A DNA stretch of 64,000 bases from Tubiluchus corallicola. Taxonomy: Eukaryota > Animalia > Priapulida. The position numbers and the translations under genes are program-made. The notes below the pieces were generated by a model. It had not been told where the DNA came from. It made no database searches and saw only the letters and a program-made list of their open reading frames with translations. Numbering within the stretch: position 1 is the first letter of the stretch; the number at the start of each line of letters is the position of its first letter. The stretch is taken from contig JAQGDQ010000318.1 of the NCBI GenBank assembly GCA_030141605.1, positions 62,001-126,000 of the forward strand, given 5' to 3'. Positions 1-12,649 of the stretch are shown here, in pieces.

Positions 1-274
1 AGCTTGTTTTAAGGTCATTGATTTTTCTACGGTTTTTGTGTATCTCTATTCCTCGTTCTGGTCGAACATGGGACTGAGCTGGCACTGAGTTACACAACTG
101 GGACATCTACCCGGTTCTGTGTTTGTACCAGCCGGCACGACTAGAAAAAAACGATCACCTTTTAACTGCTGGTTTTATAAAAAAAATACAGAGCCGACAC
201 TGAGAGAGAACACATTTTCACACACTCTCTTTCAGACTAATACTGACTCATGCGTGACAGGGAGGCAGACTTTC

Positions 275-960
275 GAAGGACAAGAAAAGGGGTACCTGAA
301 ACAGGTTTCAGAAAAATCTCTTTAGAAAATTACGTTACTTTATAGCAAATTTATGCATATATTGTACTCGCATTGAAAGGATTTTTTGTTTGTTTTCACT
401 TTGAATCTCCAGCCATACTGTTCCGACCGCGTCATTACATGACGTCATATACGCACAACGTAAATCAGGGGAAGAAAAGGAAATGTTAAACTATGTCCCT
501 AAAAAATTTTCATGCAAAGTTATATTACTTAAGATTTCGCCTACCTGCTGGAAAGACTTATGTAACTAAAAAGAAAATTATTAATTATTTAAAATGCTTT
601 CACCAATTGGTAAAATGTCACTGACTCAGCCTCCAGGGTGCACCACTCACTAACCAAAAACGTATTTTTAATCTTATTGACAAGATACAGTAATTTTGAA
701 TATTACTTAGTTAGCAACATGTGCTACGAATGCTCTGATTATTTTTTCAAACTTTACTCAGTGTTGTCTAAACTTGTTTCAAGTGACCTATCGTCAAAAT
801 GGCTGCATCTAACGGTCGTTGCAGGAGTTTAAATTTACAAGTTTTATACAGCATTACTACCAACACAAGCCCTGCATGCAAAAAGACAGTATGTAAGTGG
901 TATAAAATTTCGTGACAAATTTTTAAGCTTTATGTAAGTGGAGGGTTTTTCTTGTGCTTT
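275..960 (+). mobile_element. Interspersed repeat, related copies at about 9204-9665 and partly 12050-12260 (Kolobok-like TTAA-AGG start at 9202)
   Basis: Long shared blocks e.g. GGGGTACCTGAA..AGGTTTCAGAAAAATC and CTCCAGGGTGCACCACTCACTAACCAAAAACG. Confidence 0.7.
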
Positions 961-1331
961 AACATATTTGGCACACTAAAAACATAATTCATCATTAGAG
1001 TATTGCTCTTTTGACTGGAATATTAAGTGTGTGTGTTAACTTTGAAATAAAAAAACGGTAGGGCTTGAATCTGCAGTTCATGGTGTTTTTGTCGACTTTA
1101 CCCATTATCAGTTGTAACCAGTGCTAGCACTATACCACGATCATGAACAAACCATAGTTCACTGGACCACAGTAACAAACATATCGATTTCACAAAAGTT
1201 CTTGCGTGTTTTGCGCTACACGTGGTTAATTTATTTTATAGTAAGATAAGTAAAGTACGCCGTGTACACGAAGAAGATCCATTACTGCCAACTATACAAC
1301 CTGTATTGACACAGCTTGTTTTAACACTAGC

Positions 1332-1336
<5 letters not shown>

Positions 1337-1393
<57 letters not shown>

Positions 1394-1405
1394 ATGCGTG
1401 TGTGC

Positions 1406-1441
<36 letters not shown>

Positions 1442-1629
1442 ATATATATATATATAGATACATAGATAAATAGATACATATAGATAGATAGTTAGGTAGG
1501 TGGGTTGGGTTTGGGTGGGTGGATGGATGGATGGATGGATGGATGGATGGATGGATGGATGGATGGATGGATGGATGGATGGATGGATAGATAGATAGAT
1601 AGATGGATAGATGGATAGATGGATAGATG

Positions 1630-1712
<83 letters not shown>

Positions 1713-1837
1713 GGATAGATAGATGGATAGATAGATGGATAGATGGCTAGATGGATAGATGGATAGATAGATAGATGGATAGATAGATAGATAGATAGAT
1801 AGATGGATAGATAGATAGATAGATGGATAGATGGATG

Positions 1838-1876
<39 letters not shown>

Positions 1877-1975
1877 GGATAGATGGATAGATGGATAGAT
1901 GGATAGATAGATAGATAGATAGATGGATAGATAGATAGATAGATAGATGGATAGATGGATAGATGGATGGATATA
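1337..1975. repeat. Compound microsatellite (TG)n-(TA)n-(GGAT)n-(AGAT)n
   Basis: Direct reading. Confidence 0.98.
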
Positions 1976-2689
1976 TCTGTATACGTGAATAGAGTACTAA
2001 ACTTGAATGTTGAACGATACTTTCTTCAAATGCTTTGATGGTTTGTAGATATAAAATTTACTATCACCTCTTTCTGTCGTTTGTGTGTTTATACGTTCTG
2101 AAACACAGCACCTCCCACCCGTTGAAGCCATGCCCTCCTATCCGCTGTTGCCACCCACTGCACGTCATTCCTCAAATCTAGAGTGTGACTTTGCCAAATC
2201 ATTTTGCACTGTGTCTATAATTCTATATTCGCCAGTTACTCCACCGCCCTCTCGTTTTTCGTTGTTTTACGAGTTTATTTGAACACAATACTTTGTATCC
2301 AGTGCTGCTGAATAATAAAAAAGATTGCTACAGTAGGCGCCGCTTAATTCTTAATTGACTCAAAAACGCCAGGAACGGGCCGCTTCTATTCAAGTATACA
2401 TAAAAACTATCAGTAATTGACTCAAATAACTCTGCTTAATTGACTCAATAATTTTCCTTCACATATTTAAAATAAGATATTTGTATATGCCCAAAGAGCC
2501 TTTCCTACTTTTGTGTCGTCTTTACTTCCCTTTTGTACACTATGTATACAGAAACAATTTTGTAATCCACCGTTTTGTTTGTAAGCAGGTGTATTTGTCA
2601 TATGCTAATACGCTAGCGTAGCGGTTTTGCTTTCAATCTGTTAGATTGTTTTGATCTACAGTTTAAGATTGGGTCCGGTTTTGCTTTAA

Positions 2690-3144
2690 CCCTTTCATAC
2701 CCGTTGTATCCCGTGGGATACGAGAATATTTTCTGCCTTTAAAATTAATAAAATTTTAAAACTGACAGTTATTTGATCTGTTAATAGTTATTTTGATTTA
2801 ACCCAATAACAATAGACTAAAAATGGTGATAAACTGGCAAACTAGAAAATCTACATAGCATAAAAAACTGTGCAAGGTACAGCACTTTAGAGACGACTTT
2901 GTACAGATCAGCATAGCATACATACTAAATGTCTTAAATACTTTAAAAAATTATCAGCAGTTGCAAAATGAAGCACATTTTATGCTTCCATTGAATCTCA
3001 ATGTATCTCGTGGGATACAGGCTATATTTAGCACGCGGGCACAGGTAGAAAACAATTATTATTATGTGTAAACAAGATGGACATACTGAACAAAAGTACC
3101 AAGCCAAATAATTCTTATTAAAAAATAATTTGGGACTGAAAGAG
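2690..3144. mobile_element. piggyBac-like MITE
   Basis: TTAA on both sides; imperfect TIR CCCTTTCATACCC / GGGACTGAAAGAG; internal palindrome GTATC(C/T)CGTGGGATAC twice. Confidence 0.75.
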
Positions 3145-3237
3145 TTAATCAGTAATAGACAATCCAGTTTGTATGCAGGTGGTGATGAATTAACTCTTTT
3201 GTTTGTCTATAATTTTTCTTTATTTGTTCTTATTCAG

Positions 3238-3315
3238 TTCGTCTCACTGGCGACTGTTGAGCGAGGAGGAGAAACGGAAAGTGGGTTTGACTTGTGAGAC
3301 AGACGGAGAATTTTG
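3238..3315 (+). CDS. Classical calpain, first exon visible in window (end of CysPc domain); gene is 5'-partial
   Basis: AG/GT-bounded; SSHWRLLSEEEKRKVGLTCETDGEFW contains the calpain DGEFW(MS) motif and joins in frame to the next exon. Confidence 0.9.
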
Positions 3316-4624
3316 GTAGGCTAAATAAACGTCATCGCCGTAGTCATTGTTATCATGATCATAGTTGATGAAGTGCTCGACGGCAGGCACCATAAAGTTC
3401 TGTAACTCAATTGCCACCTGGTGACTATTGAAAGAAACAACTTGTTAAAAGCTTAAAAACATTTAAATTACCAAAAACATGTCAAACATTTTGACTGCAT
3501 GTCGTACAAAAAGTTGAGAAATCAGATTTCAAGTTTACCCCTGTGCTCACACATGAGCTCTGTAACGTGTGCACTATGTCACAACTGAACACCTCTGAAT
3601 TAAAAGATTGAAAAATTGAGAGTCTGGCAGGCATCTTCAGTGTGATGAGTTTATAAGCACCGGGTTCGAGCAGTCAGTGAAAATCCTGGAAAATCTTGGT
3701 TATCCTGGAAAATCAGGGGAAAAGATAGTTTAGTAAAAAGTTAGGGATAATGATGAAAAAGGCGAAAGGTCACCGAAATTGGGAACGGATGCAAAAATAA
3801 TCACCGTGAACCGATATTTTTTCAAACATATTTTTCAGTGATTCGTGTTCAGATAAAATTTTGCTATGACAGTCTCCCAGTTTCGATTTCTGTTCCAAAA
3901 ATAATGATTGAATTAAAAAAGTTTATTTAATGTCATTAGTGTAATTTTGTTAGCTCTACTGCAACTGTGCCAACACATTGTATATCAGCATATGTATGAA
4001 TGTCCATACACAAAAATGTTTGAATATGTATACTGGTAATACAATTCTGGTTACGAAAAATCAATATGTGTCAGGAAAATTTATTGTAAAATTCTGTGGG
4101 AACCCTAAAAGAGCAACGAATTTCATAGATGAAGCCTGAAAATGTATTGTAAAGTTAGCTTAAAGTGTACAGACCTATTTACGTAGAAGCCAAAGATGTA
4201 GTTATAGTGCAGGGAAAATGATAAACTGTGGAGCTATAATTAAGCATTTGAAAATATAATTAAAGGAATTGGATTACTTTGCACATTAAAAGAAGGCTTG
4301 TTAGGGCGTACGGATAAACTCTTTTATTAATCGGTTTTACATTTTCCACTGACACTTTTGCAAAGATGCATGAACATCTATCAGCACAGAGTGCTTGAAT
4401 GCCTTGAATGTGCACGGCGTAATTTGCAGCCGAAATGTTTGATGGGTCCTTCACCATCCTATTTCCATTGTGATAATTAAATACATTTGTTTGTCTCATT
4501 TATATCATGAATATGAAAATAAATGCACGTTTTGAAATTGAAAAAAATTGAAATTTGAAAAATTTAACCGATGTTCACAGCGAGCAGCTTAAATTTGTCG
4601 TTTGCTTTTTCCTAATCGTTTCAG

Positions 4625-4788
4625 GATGAGCTACTATGATTTTCTGGATAATTTCCAAGTGCTGGAGGTGACAAATCTGGGACCCGACGTCTGGTATGAC
4701 ACCCCGTGTCACGCGAAATGGGAAATGAATCTTATAGAGAGCAGCTGGGAAGTTGGTTATAATGCTGGAGGTTGTTACGACAACAGTG
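4625..4788 (+). CDS. Calpain exon (CysPc end / start of domain III)
   Basis: MSYYDFLDNFQVLEVTNLGPD...SSWEVGYNAGGCYDNS, matching calpain W..G..AGGC motif; phases fit neighbours. Confidence 0.92.
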
Positions 4789-4818
4789 GTACGGATGCTG
4801 ACAGTAATAGCTGTATTA

Positions 4819-5531
4819 CCGTATATACTCGCATATAAGCCGACCCCCTAAAACTGCTTTAAAATGGCCAGTTTTTGCAAAAACCCGTATATAAGCCGAC
4901 CACCAACTTGTCTAATTTCACTCCATACCCAATCAACAAAATTGATCCCTTTTTGTCACATTTTGTTAATTGGGTATTTTTGGTTCATAGAAATTTTTTA
5001 CTACAAAGATGTAAAATGCTTACTTTTATGTTACATACTCTGACCCTCGTCTCCCCATGCGCTGCCTACCAATTGGCTGATGACGTCGGCTTCACCACTA
5101 GCTGTAGCTTGGTTATGGCTCGCAACTGGTGACACACAGTGGTGTATTGCTAAATCACGAATTTGAAAGAAATTGACATTATTTAAAACCGTTTTTTGAA
5201 AAAATGAAAACAAGTAGATTTAATATTAAACCCGTATACATTTTTAATATTTTTTATCTAATGAATACAAAAAGCAGACATTTATTGAAATGTGAATTTT
5301 TTCTAAAAAAAAAAGTGGGTGGGCGGCGATCCCCCACGATCCCCCTCCAATACACCACTGGTGACACACAACCAAATAAAGAGTCAGATAGCGATGAAAA
5401 TGTGTGGCTGGAAAATTGGCATTAGTGTCTGTCCTTGTGTTCATTTTGTTTCATGCGCATAAAAGGTGACCCCCTGATTTCAGTATTGTATTTTATAGTT
5501 CTAAATTCGGCTTATATGCGAGCATATACTG
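4819..5531. mobile_element. Tc1/mariner-pogo-type MITE with TA TSD
   Basis: About 25-bp TIR CCGTATATACTCGCATATAAGCCGA / TCGGCTTATATGCGAGCATATACTG; empty site visible at about 5635-5660. Confidence 0.9.
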
Positions 5532-6313
5532 TAATTACATAGTTAGTTAAGGAAAACAGTTAGAACAGCTGGGAAGTCAGTTACAGTGCTGGAGGTTCTT
5601 ACGACAACAGTGGTACGGATGCTGACAGTAATAGCTGTATTAATTACATAGTTAGTTAAAGGAAAACAGGTACCCGAACGAGTTTTGGAAGCTGTGGAAA
5701 AAATGGAAGGTATGTCTGTGTGGTTTAGGAGATTTTTTTGACAAAGTATTGCAACAAAAATTGAAAAAGAAGTCTTGAGCTTGAATTTTTTTGTAATAAC
5801 GATGTCATTACCAATAATGAATTTAAAAACTACAGTGATTTTTCATATTCTATTCCACTTTCAGCTAGGAACTATACATTTTAATGCCTATAATAATGCC
5901 AAAGAATTTATAATAATTAAATAATAGGTTAAAAACTTAATTAACAAGCAATTAGCCCAATTATTGACGCCATCACAACTGAACATAATTTTCAAAAGCA
6001 AAAATTGAGGTATAGCGCTGTTGTACAACAGCCAATGCGATGTACAAAAAGTTGAAAAATTTTGAGTGTAAAATCAAATTTCAAGTTTACCGCTGTGCTC
6101 ACACATGAGCTCTGGAACTTGTGCACTACGTCACAACTGAACACCTCTGAATTGAAAGATGCGGGCCTGTTTCTGTGAAATGCAGGCGCTAGTGGCACGA
6201 ACATGAAATCGCGTTTCTGTGGTAATGATTATTTCTCTGTAAATCGTTCCTGAAAAATAGTATGTCCTCTTTTGTGATTATTTGCTCCACGTTTGTTCTA
6301 TTTCTGTTCCTAG

Positions 6314-6477
6314 ACACGTTCCACACGAATCCGCAATTTAGAGTCGTTCTGAACGATCCGGACGAAGATGATGAGGATGAGAAGTGCACCTGCATCATCG
6401 CCGTTATGCAGAAGGGCATGCGAGCGAAACGTCGCGAAGGAAGGGAGTTGCTCCACATCGGATTTGACGTCTACGAG
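6314..6477 (+). CDS. Calpain exon (domain III / CBSW)
   Basis: TFHTNPQFRVVLNDPDEDDEDEKCTCIIAVMQK...IGFDVYE; NPQF motif and acidic loop; donor GTGAGC. Confidence 0.95.
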
Positions 6478-6558
6478 GTGAGCGTGGCAGTCGACCTCTC
6501 CGTGGACTCTTTTGCAATTTACCTTCCTTTTTTTCCGTTACAAGATAGGTAAAAGGCA

Positions 6559-7069
6559 CAGGAATGAGAATTTTCCGCGGATACGCGGAATTCCCAGGTT
6601 TTGCAAGACCAGTAGTGCCATTTCTGTATATCGCATGAATTCGTTGAGAACATTTTTACGGACACAGTACATTATTTCACAAGCTGACCGCTAGTTGGCA
6701 GGGCCGTCACTTTGTTTACATCACGTACATCAGTGTAACCACGTGTATGTCTTTATGTAGAAAAATATAGAGTCAATTGTGTGGAGTTGTTTGAGTCAAT
6801 TGCAGACAGTTTTTATATACTTTTGCATAGGAGCGGCCAGTACTTAGGCGTTTTTGAGACAATTAGGTATCATGTATCCTTGATAGTTGGGTATTTTAAA
6901 TTATGCACGAAACAAGGTAATTGATATTTTAAGTCCACTTAGAGGCTCTCTATGGTCACAAAATTGTAATTTGTTGCTGGCTCCCCTTGGAACTCCATTG
7001 GGGGCCTAGGTGGCCCCAAAACCCCCGGCCTGTTTCAGAGTTTTTTACAATTTGTCATTCTCATCCCTG
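6559..7069 (+). mobile_element. hAT-like MITE family, full-length copy
   Basis: TIR CAGGAATGAGAA / TTCTCATCCCTG; second full copy 10717-11239; partial copies about 8695-8922, 12278-12450; inverted about 2335-2450, 19895-20115; TSD not clear. Confidence 0.8.
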
Positions 7070-7987
7070 AAGACAGCTGCCTGGTGGGAAATTATTATCA
7101 CTCTCTAATGATTTTATTCAACAAGTAGGAACGTTAGATGACACAAATTTGCAGATGCAAATATTTGGTTATCACAAATGATAACAAGTGTTTGACGCTG
7201 TCAAATCATGCAATATATATGATGAAAATGCTTCCCACTCCCTAAGCTAACAAATCAAATCAAATCATTTATTGTTTTTCCCTCATACAACATCGTTTAA
7301 AGCTTAGTAGCATAATTATAATAGCCAATCAAATGGGAAGGGGTGGCGAAGAACATGCGTTATCGTATCAGCCACCCCAACTTAGTTTTGTTATAAATAT
7401 TTCGCACGCAGTGCAGACGATAACTAATCAAAAATAATGAAATATTGAATTATGCACCTGTTTACATCTATATAACATAAAAGAAAAATGCCAAAAATGA
7501 AATTTCACATTCTAAATGAGCAAAAAAAAAGAAATAATAAAGAAATGAATTGTACATTGTACTAATTCACTATTATTTGAATTTGGATCATAAAATGTGT
7601 ACAAATTCAAATGCATTGTTGCAAACTACATACAAACCATTATTAGCTTATAACATTGTGGTTGTGACTGGCAGCGATGCAGTAAAGTAGCATAAAACCA
7701 AGGGCACGGGACAGAAAACATACATTCATCATGTAAACAACACTAACAAGAATATGTCGTTATGCTTTTCACAGTAAAAAGACACACTACATTTCTATAA
7801 AGGAAAGAAGCATGAATTTATTCCATTCACACTGTTGCTTTGGCACTCTATGCACCAAATCGCAATTTCGACATTAAAAGACAATTTAGACATCATTCGT
7901 TACTAACTGCCAAGAAAGGTAGTGTACATAAAAATAAAAGTACCTGTGGTACAGGTAAAAGGTCTTATTTATTGTTTTTGACTTTAG

Positions 7988-8205
7988 TTGACAGGAAAGT
8001 ACAAACGTCGTCAGAAACCAGCTAGTAAATGGTTCCTTGAAAACAACTTGCCGGTCGCCACATTCGAACACGATGCTCAGCGGGAAGTTACGAAGAGGCT
8101 GCGATTGTATCCGGGAACCTACGTTGTTATTCCATCGACCGTTGATCCAGACCAACCAGCCGATTTCATCATACGCATTTTCACCGAGAAAGCTCATGTC
8201 ACCGA
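7988..8205 (+). CDS. Calpain exon (domain III)
   Basis: [36 protein letters not shown]; donor GTTCGT chosen by phase with the next exon. Confidence 0.92.
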
Positions 8206-9027
8206 GTTCGTAACCGAGCTGTTTTTTGTTTCTTATCGTCTGTTTTTGCCAATACACGGGGGGGGGTCATATACAGTAAATTACTAAATTACGCATAACG
8301 CGAACACTTCGGGACGGGAAAATTTGCTCGAGTTAGTTCAATGGTCGTTAGTTCAAACCCAAGTTCACTCCTGATTTTTTCTTATTTCCTTTCTGTCTGA
8401 CACAGGTTTTTGTTTCAAAATTGTTGTCTTTGCAAGACCAATACATGGGGGGGGGTCATATACAGCAAACACTTTGGGACGGGAAAATTTGTTCGAGTTG
8501 TGCGAAAGTTCGAATTATACCAGGTTTTTCTAAGAAAACAAGATTGAGTCACTCATCAATGTCGGGCAGTATGCTAATACTACAGCCTGTGTGAAATTGA
8601 CAAACTTATCAAATATCAAACGGCAATTTATCTTAATAATCCAACAAAAAGACTGGTGTACATTTATTGTCGTCTGAGTAGTAGCGTAGATAATTTTGCA
8701 TAGGAGCGGCCAGTACTTAGGCGTTTTTGAGACAATTAGGTATCATGTATCCTTGATAGTTGGGTATTTTAAATTATGCATGAAACAAGGTAGCTGATAT
8801 TTTAAGTCCACTTAGAGGCTCTCTATGGTCACAAAATTGCAATTTGTTGCTGGCTCCAAGGGGGCCACAAGTAACCCCCGGCCTGTTTCAGAGTTTTTTG
8901 CGATTTGTCATTCTCATCCCTGCGCTAGAGGTGTATCAATTGTGAATCATAGTCCAAACTGCATCAAAACACACCATATGATCAATCATGATCCTGTAAA
9001 TGTATGAAATTTATATGTACGAAACCT

Positions 9028-9200
9028 GTTAGCTCAATGTTAGCTTGCTCACTTCCTCACCGGGAGGTCACGGGTTCAAGTCTCGACCAAGTCATACCGA
9101 AGACTTGAAAAATTTTAACGCTGGTTCTTCAACCAGGTACACGGGTTTATTGAAGAAAAGTGCGGGTAGTAATCATCGGGGCCACCTAAGTATTGAATTA
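9028..9200 (+). mobile_element. tRNA-derived SINE (5' part)
   Basis: A-box-like TAGCTCAATGTTAG and B-box GGTTCAAGTC at tRNA spacing, followed by non-tRNA body; no acceptor stem. Confidence 0.65.
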
Positions 9201-9852
9201 CTTAAAGGACAAAAAATGGGGTACCTGAAGTAGGTTTCAGAAAAATCGCCTTAAAAAATTATATTACTTTACAACAATTTTATGCGTATATCGTACTCGC
9301 ACTGAAAGGAAATTTAGTTTGTTTTCATTTTAAATCTCCCGCAATACTGTTCCGAAGTCGCCATTACGTGACGTCATGTACCAAACGTAAATGAAGGGAA
9401 GAGAAAGCAATGTTTAATTATGTCTCAAAAGACTCCTAGCAAATCTATATTATTTAGATTTTCGCTTACCTACTAGAAAGACTTGTGTAACTAGAAAAGA
9501 AAATTATTAATTATTTATAGTGTTTTCACCAATTGGTAAAATGTCGTTGACTCACCCTCCAGGGTGCACCACTCACTAACCAAAAACGTATTTTTAATCT
9601 TATTGACAAGATACAGTAATTTCAAAACGAATTTTTTGAGCTTTATGTTTATGAAGGGTTTTCTTGCAGTTTAAATGAAAATATTATATGAAAGCAATGC
9701 TGAATTAGAGAAAATTTGAAAGAGTTGCACCATTTTGCAACTTTTGGAGTAATTTCTCGAAACTGCTGCCTTTGTAATTGTTGCTGCACGTCGCTGGACT
9801 GACGATGGAGCGATCTGTCTGTAGTTTAAACAAGTACGGTTTATCTTTACAG

Positions 9853-9892
9853 GCACATGGATGAGGAGAGCGGTGTGGATCCGACAGCCAAG
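9853..9892 (+). CDS. Calpain short linker exon
   Basis: TTTACAG acceptor, GTGAGT donor, (E)HMDEESGVDPTAK keeps frame. Confidence 0.8.
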
Positions 9893-10344
9893 GTGAGTCA
9901 TGTTTGATTGTATTTCCTTGGTGGAGTTCACAGGTATCTATGTGTTAGCTGATTGGTGAACTTTATCTTATGCAAAAAATTTGAAGTCACTCAGTAATTT
10001 GTAAGTAACTTATGAGGTTTTATGAAAAGTTTCATGCTGTAATGTGAATCTAAGAAAAATATGGTGATTTTAGTAATAAATCTTTTTTTACTTTTTTGAA
10101 ATTAGCTCTAATTGGGTTAAATTTTAGTTGCAGGATCGTTTTGTAAATATAAAATTTAATAATTAATGAATTAATTGAATCACAGAATAATTATAAACAT
10201 TTGGTCTAGCTTTATTAGATAAAAACTGCAGCTAAATAAAGACACAGCGTAGTATCAGTATAAATAGTATCCAAAATTGTCAAAATAGTTACCTTTTTAA
10301 AGATGGCATTGTAAGGAATGGTTACCATGGTTACTGTATTTCAG

Positions 10345-10477
10345 CCTCCTCCACCAACACCCGAGGATGCAGTGCAGGCCGAGAAGCTGGGCAATGTTTT
10401 TGGACGAATTGCAGGTGACAGAATGGAAGTTGACTACCTGGGCGTGAAGGAAATTCTAAATAGGGTGCTAACGAAAG
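10345..10477 (+). CDS. Calpain exon (PEF domain, EF1)
   Basis: PPPPTPED...FGRIAGDRMEVDYLGVKEILN, similar to calpain F..LAG.D.EI...EL..IL. Confidence 0.9.
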
Positions 10478-10716
10478 GTGTGTATTTGTCGCTTATGTAT
10501 CGGAACACCCAGAACGACGGAGTGGAATTATTCTTGCGTTGCGTGACGAATGAGTTAGCATGGCTAGCGATAACGTGGCACTCGATACTAGGCCTGTATC
10601 GATGCGTTGTGATATCTTTCATCTTCCAAAATGCATCTGTATCGTGAGTCAATGATATTTAACAAATTGGCCCGTATGACTATAGTAACGATGTGAAGTG
10701 GTTGAACCTTTAGCTG

Positions 10717-11239
10717 CAGGAATGAGAATTTTCCGCGGATACGCGGAGTTCCGAGTTTTTGGAAGACCAGTAGTGACATTTTTGTAAATTGCGTAAATTC
10801 GTTGAGAAAATTTTTACGGACCCAGTACATTATTTCACAAGCTGACCGCTAGTTGGCAGGCTGTCACTTTGTTTACATCACGTACATCAATGTAACCACG
10901 TATATATCTCTATGCATAAAAATATCGAATCAATTGTGCGGAGTTATTTGAATCAATTGCAGACAGTTTTTATATACTTTTGCATAGGAGTGGCCAGTAC
11001 TTAGGCGTTTTTGAGACAATTAGGTATCATGTATCCTTGATAGTTGGGTATTTTAAATTATGCATGAAACAAGGTAATTGATATTTTAAGTCCACTTAAG
11101 AGGCTCTCTATGGTAACAAAATTGCAATTTGTTGCTGGTTCCAAGGGGGTTTAGCCCCCCTTGAACCCCATGGGCACATGCGGTCCCCCAACCCCCGGAC
11201 TGTTCCAGAGTTTATTGCAATTTGTCATTCTCATCCCTG
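10717..11239 (+). mobile_element. hAT-like MITE family, second full-length copy
   Basis: Near-identical to 6559-7069 with same TIRs. Confidence 0.8.
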
Positions 11240-11329
11240 GTAATAGTACAACATGTGATTATGTTCTTCGTGATGTTGAGATGATGCAGGGTGATGGTTA
11301 GGGCTTGCCGTCAACAAAAGGTTGCAAAC

Positions 11330-11810
11330 TACTGGTGTTTCGAACGTCTCCGTACTCGTACAAATTGGTTTTCGACCAGAAAATTCGAGCTGAAATTGTC
11401 TCCGTTCTCGACCAGAATTTCGGTACTCGACCAACCGCCAAGCACGTGATGAACACGTGCGCGGCGAGCCGAGTAGAGCCGGGCGTAACCGACCGCGCCC
11501 GAGAGTAGTAACGCACGTGTTTCCGATCTTGCTTATGTATGCCATCACACTGCTACCAACCAACACTTAACGTTTTTCTCATGCAGAAATAATGATGTTT
11601 TTAAGTAATTCTATTGTGTTTTTCTTTTCAGTAATATCATATCTACTGTTTGAATAAACATTTTTGCATTATTATATTTCGTTTTAGTAATACTTTACAG
11701 TTCATTTGGTGCTTGAGAATGGACTATTTGCTTTTACATTATTTTTAATGGGAATAAATGATTCGGTTCTCAACCAAATCGGTTTTCAAATGCTTTTGAG
11801 GTATGACTGC
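11330..11810. mobile_element. Degenerate pogo/Tigger-like MITE
   Basis: Right end GAGGTATGACTG with subterminal CGGTTCTCAACC/CGGTTTTCAA repeats echoed at the left end; left TIR eroded. Confidence 0.5.
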
Positions 11811-11926
11811 AAATCATTAATTCAAAAAATATATATATTTGTACTTCAGTATTTTAGACATTACTTCTAGTAGTTTCATTTCATTGTCTCGCCATTGTTA
11901 CCAAATGTACGTTCTTTTGTTTACAG

Positions 11927-11988
11927 AGATTCGGAATTTTGATGGTTTCAGCTCAGACTGCTGTAGGAACATGATTGCTATGGTGGAC
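11927..11988 (+). CDS. Calpain exon (PEF domain), followed by U12-type intron
   Basis: EIRNFDGFSSDCCRNMIAMVD (FDGFS...CR.M motif); donor GTATCCT. Confidence 0.92.
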
Positions 11989-12580
11989 GTATCCTCTTTT
12001 TTACCTTAACGTGTAGTTCCTCTGAATTTTTGAAGGGCAACATTTAAAGGGTAACAAAACGACATTCTAAAGGATGTCCCAAAAAAGTTTCCACACAAAG
12101 CTTATATCACTTAGTAATAGCATAACTATTATCTACTTGAAACACCTACGTAACTTGAAAGGAAAATGTTTAGCAATTTAAAATGTTTGTGCCAGCTCGT
12201 AAAATGTCACCGATACATCTTCCCAGTGTGCACCACTGGCTCACCAGCTAGTAAAACGTCACCAATCCATCTTCGTTATTTGAGTCAATTGCAGACAGTT
12301 TTTATATACTTTTACATAGCAGCGGCTAGTACTTAGTACTCTATGGTCACAAAAAAATTGCAATTTGTTGCTGGCTCCAATGGGGGCCTAGGTGGCTCCA
12401 AAACCCCGACCTCTTTCAGAGTTTTTTGCAATTTGTCATTCTCATCCCTGTGCTATCCATTGCTCCCCTGTTAGCTGTGCCACTGTCTATAGAACCAACA
12501 CGTGTCTACCAACAGCTGTCTATCAACAGTCTCCCATATCAAGGAAATTGACTATTATGTTACCTTAACATATTGCCCAG

Positions 12581-12649
12581 GTACATGGCAGAGGTAAATT
12601 GGGATTGAAGGAGTTTTGGAAACTATGGGATAACCTTCGTTGGTGGAAG
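12581..12649 (+). CDS. Calpain exon (EF2)
   Basis: 69 bp; VHGRGKLGLKEFWKLWDNLRWWK (GKLG..EF..LW motif). Confidence 0.92.

Noticed and set aside
1222-1473. ORFs over microsatellites (also 20448-20891, 47816-48193, 50565-50898, 60943-61218)
   Set aside because: Low-complexity translations of simple repeats
9028-9110. tRNA gene
   Set aside because: A/B boxes present but no acceptor stem pairing; continues into SINE-like body
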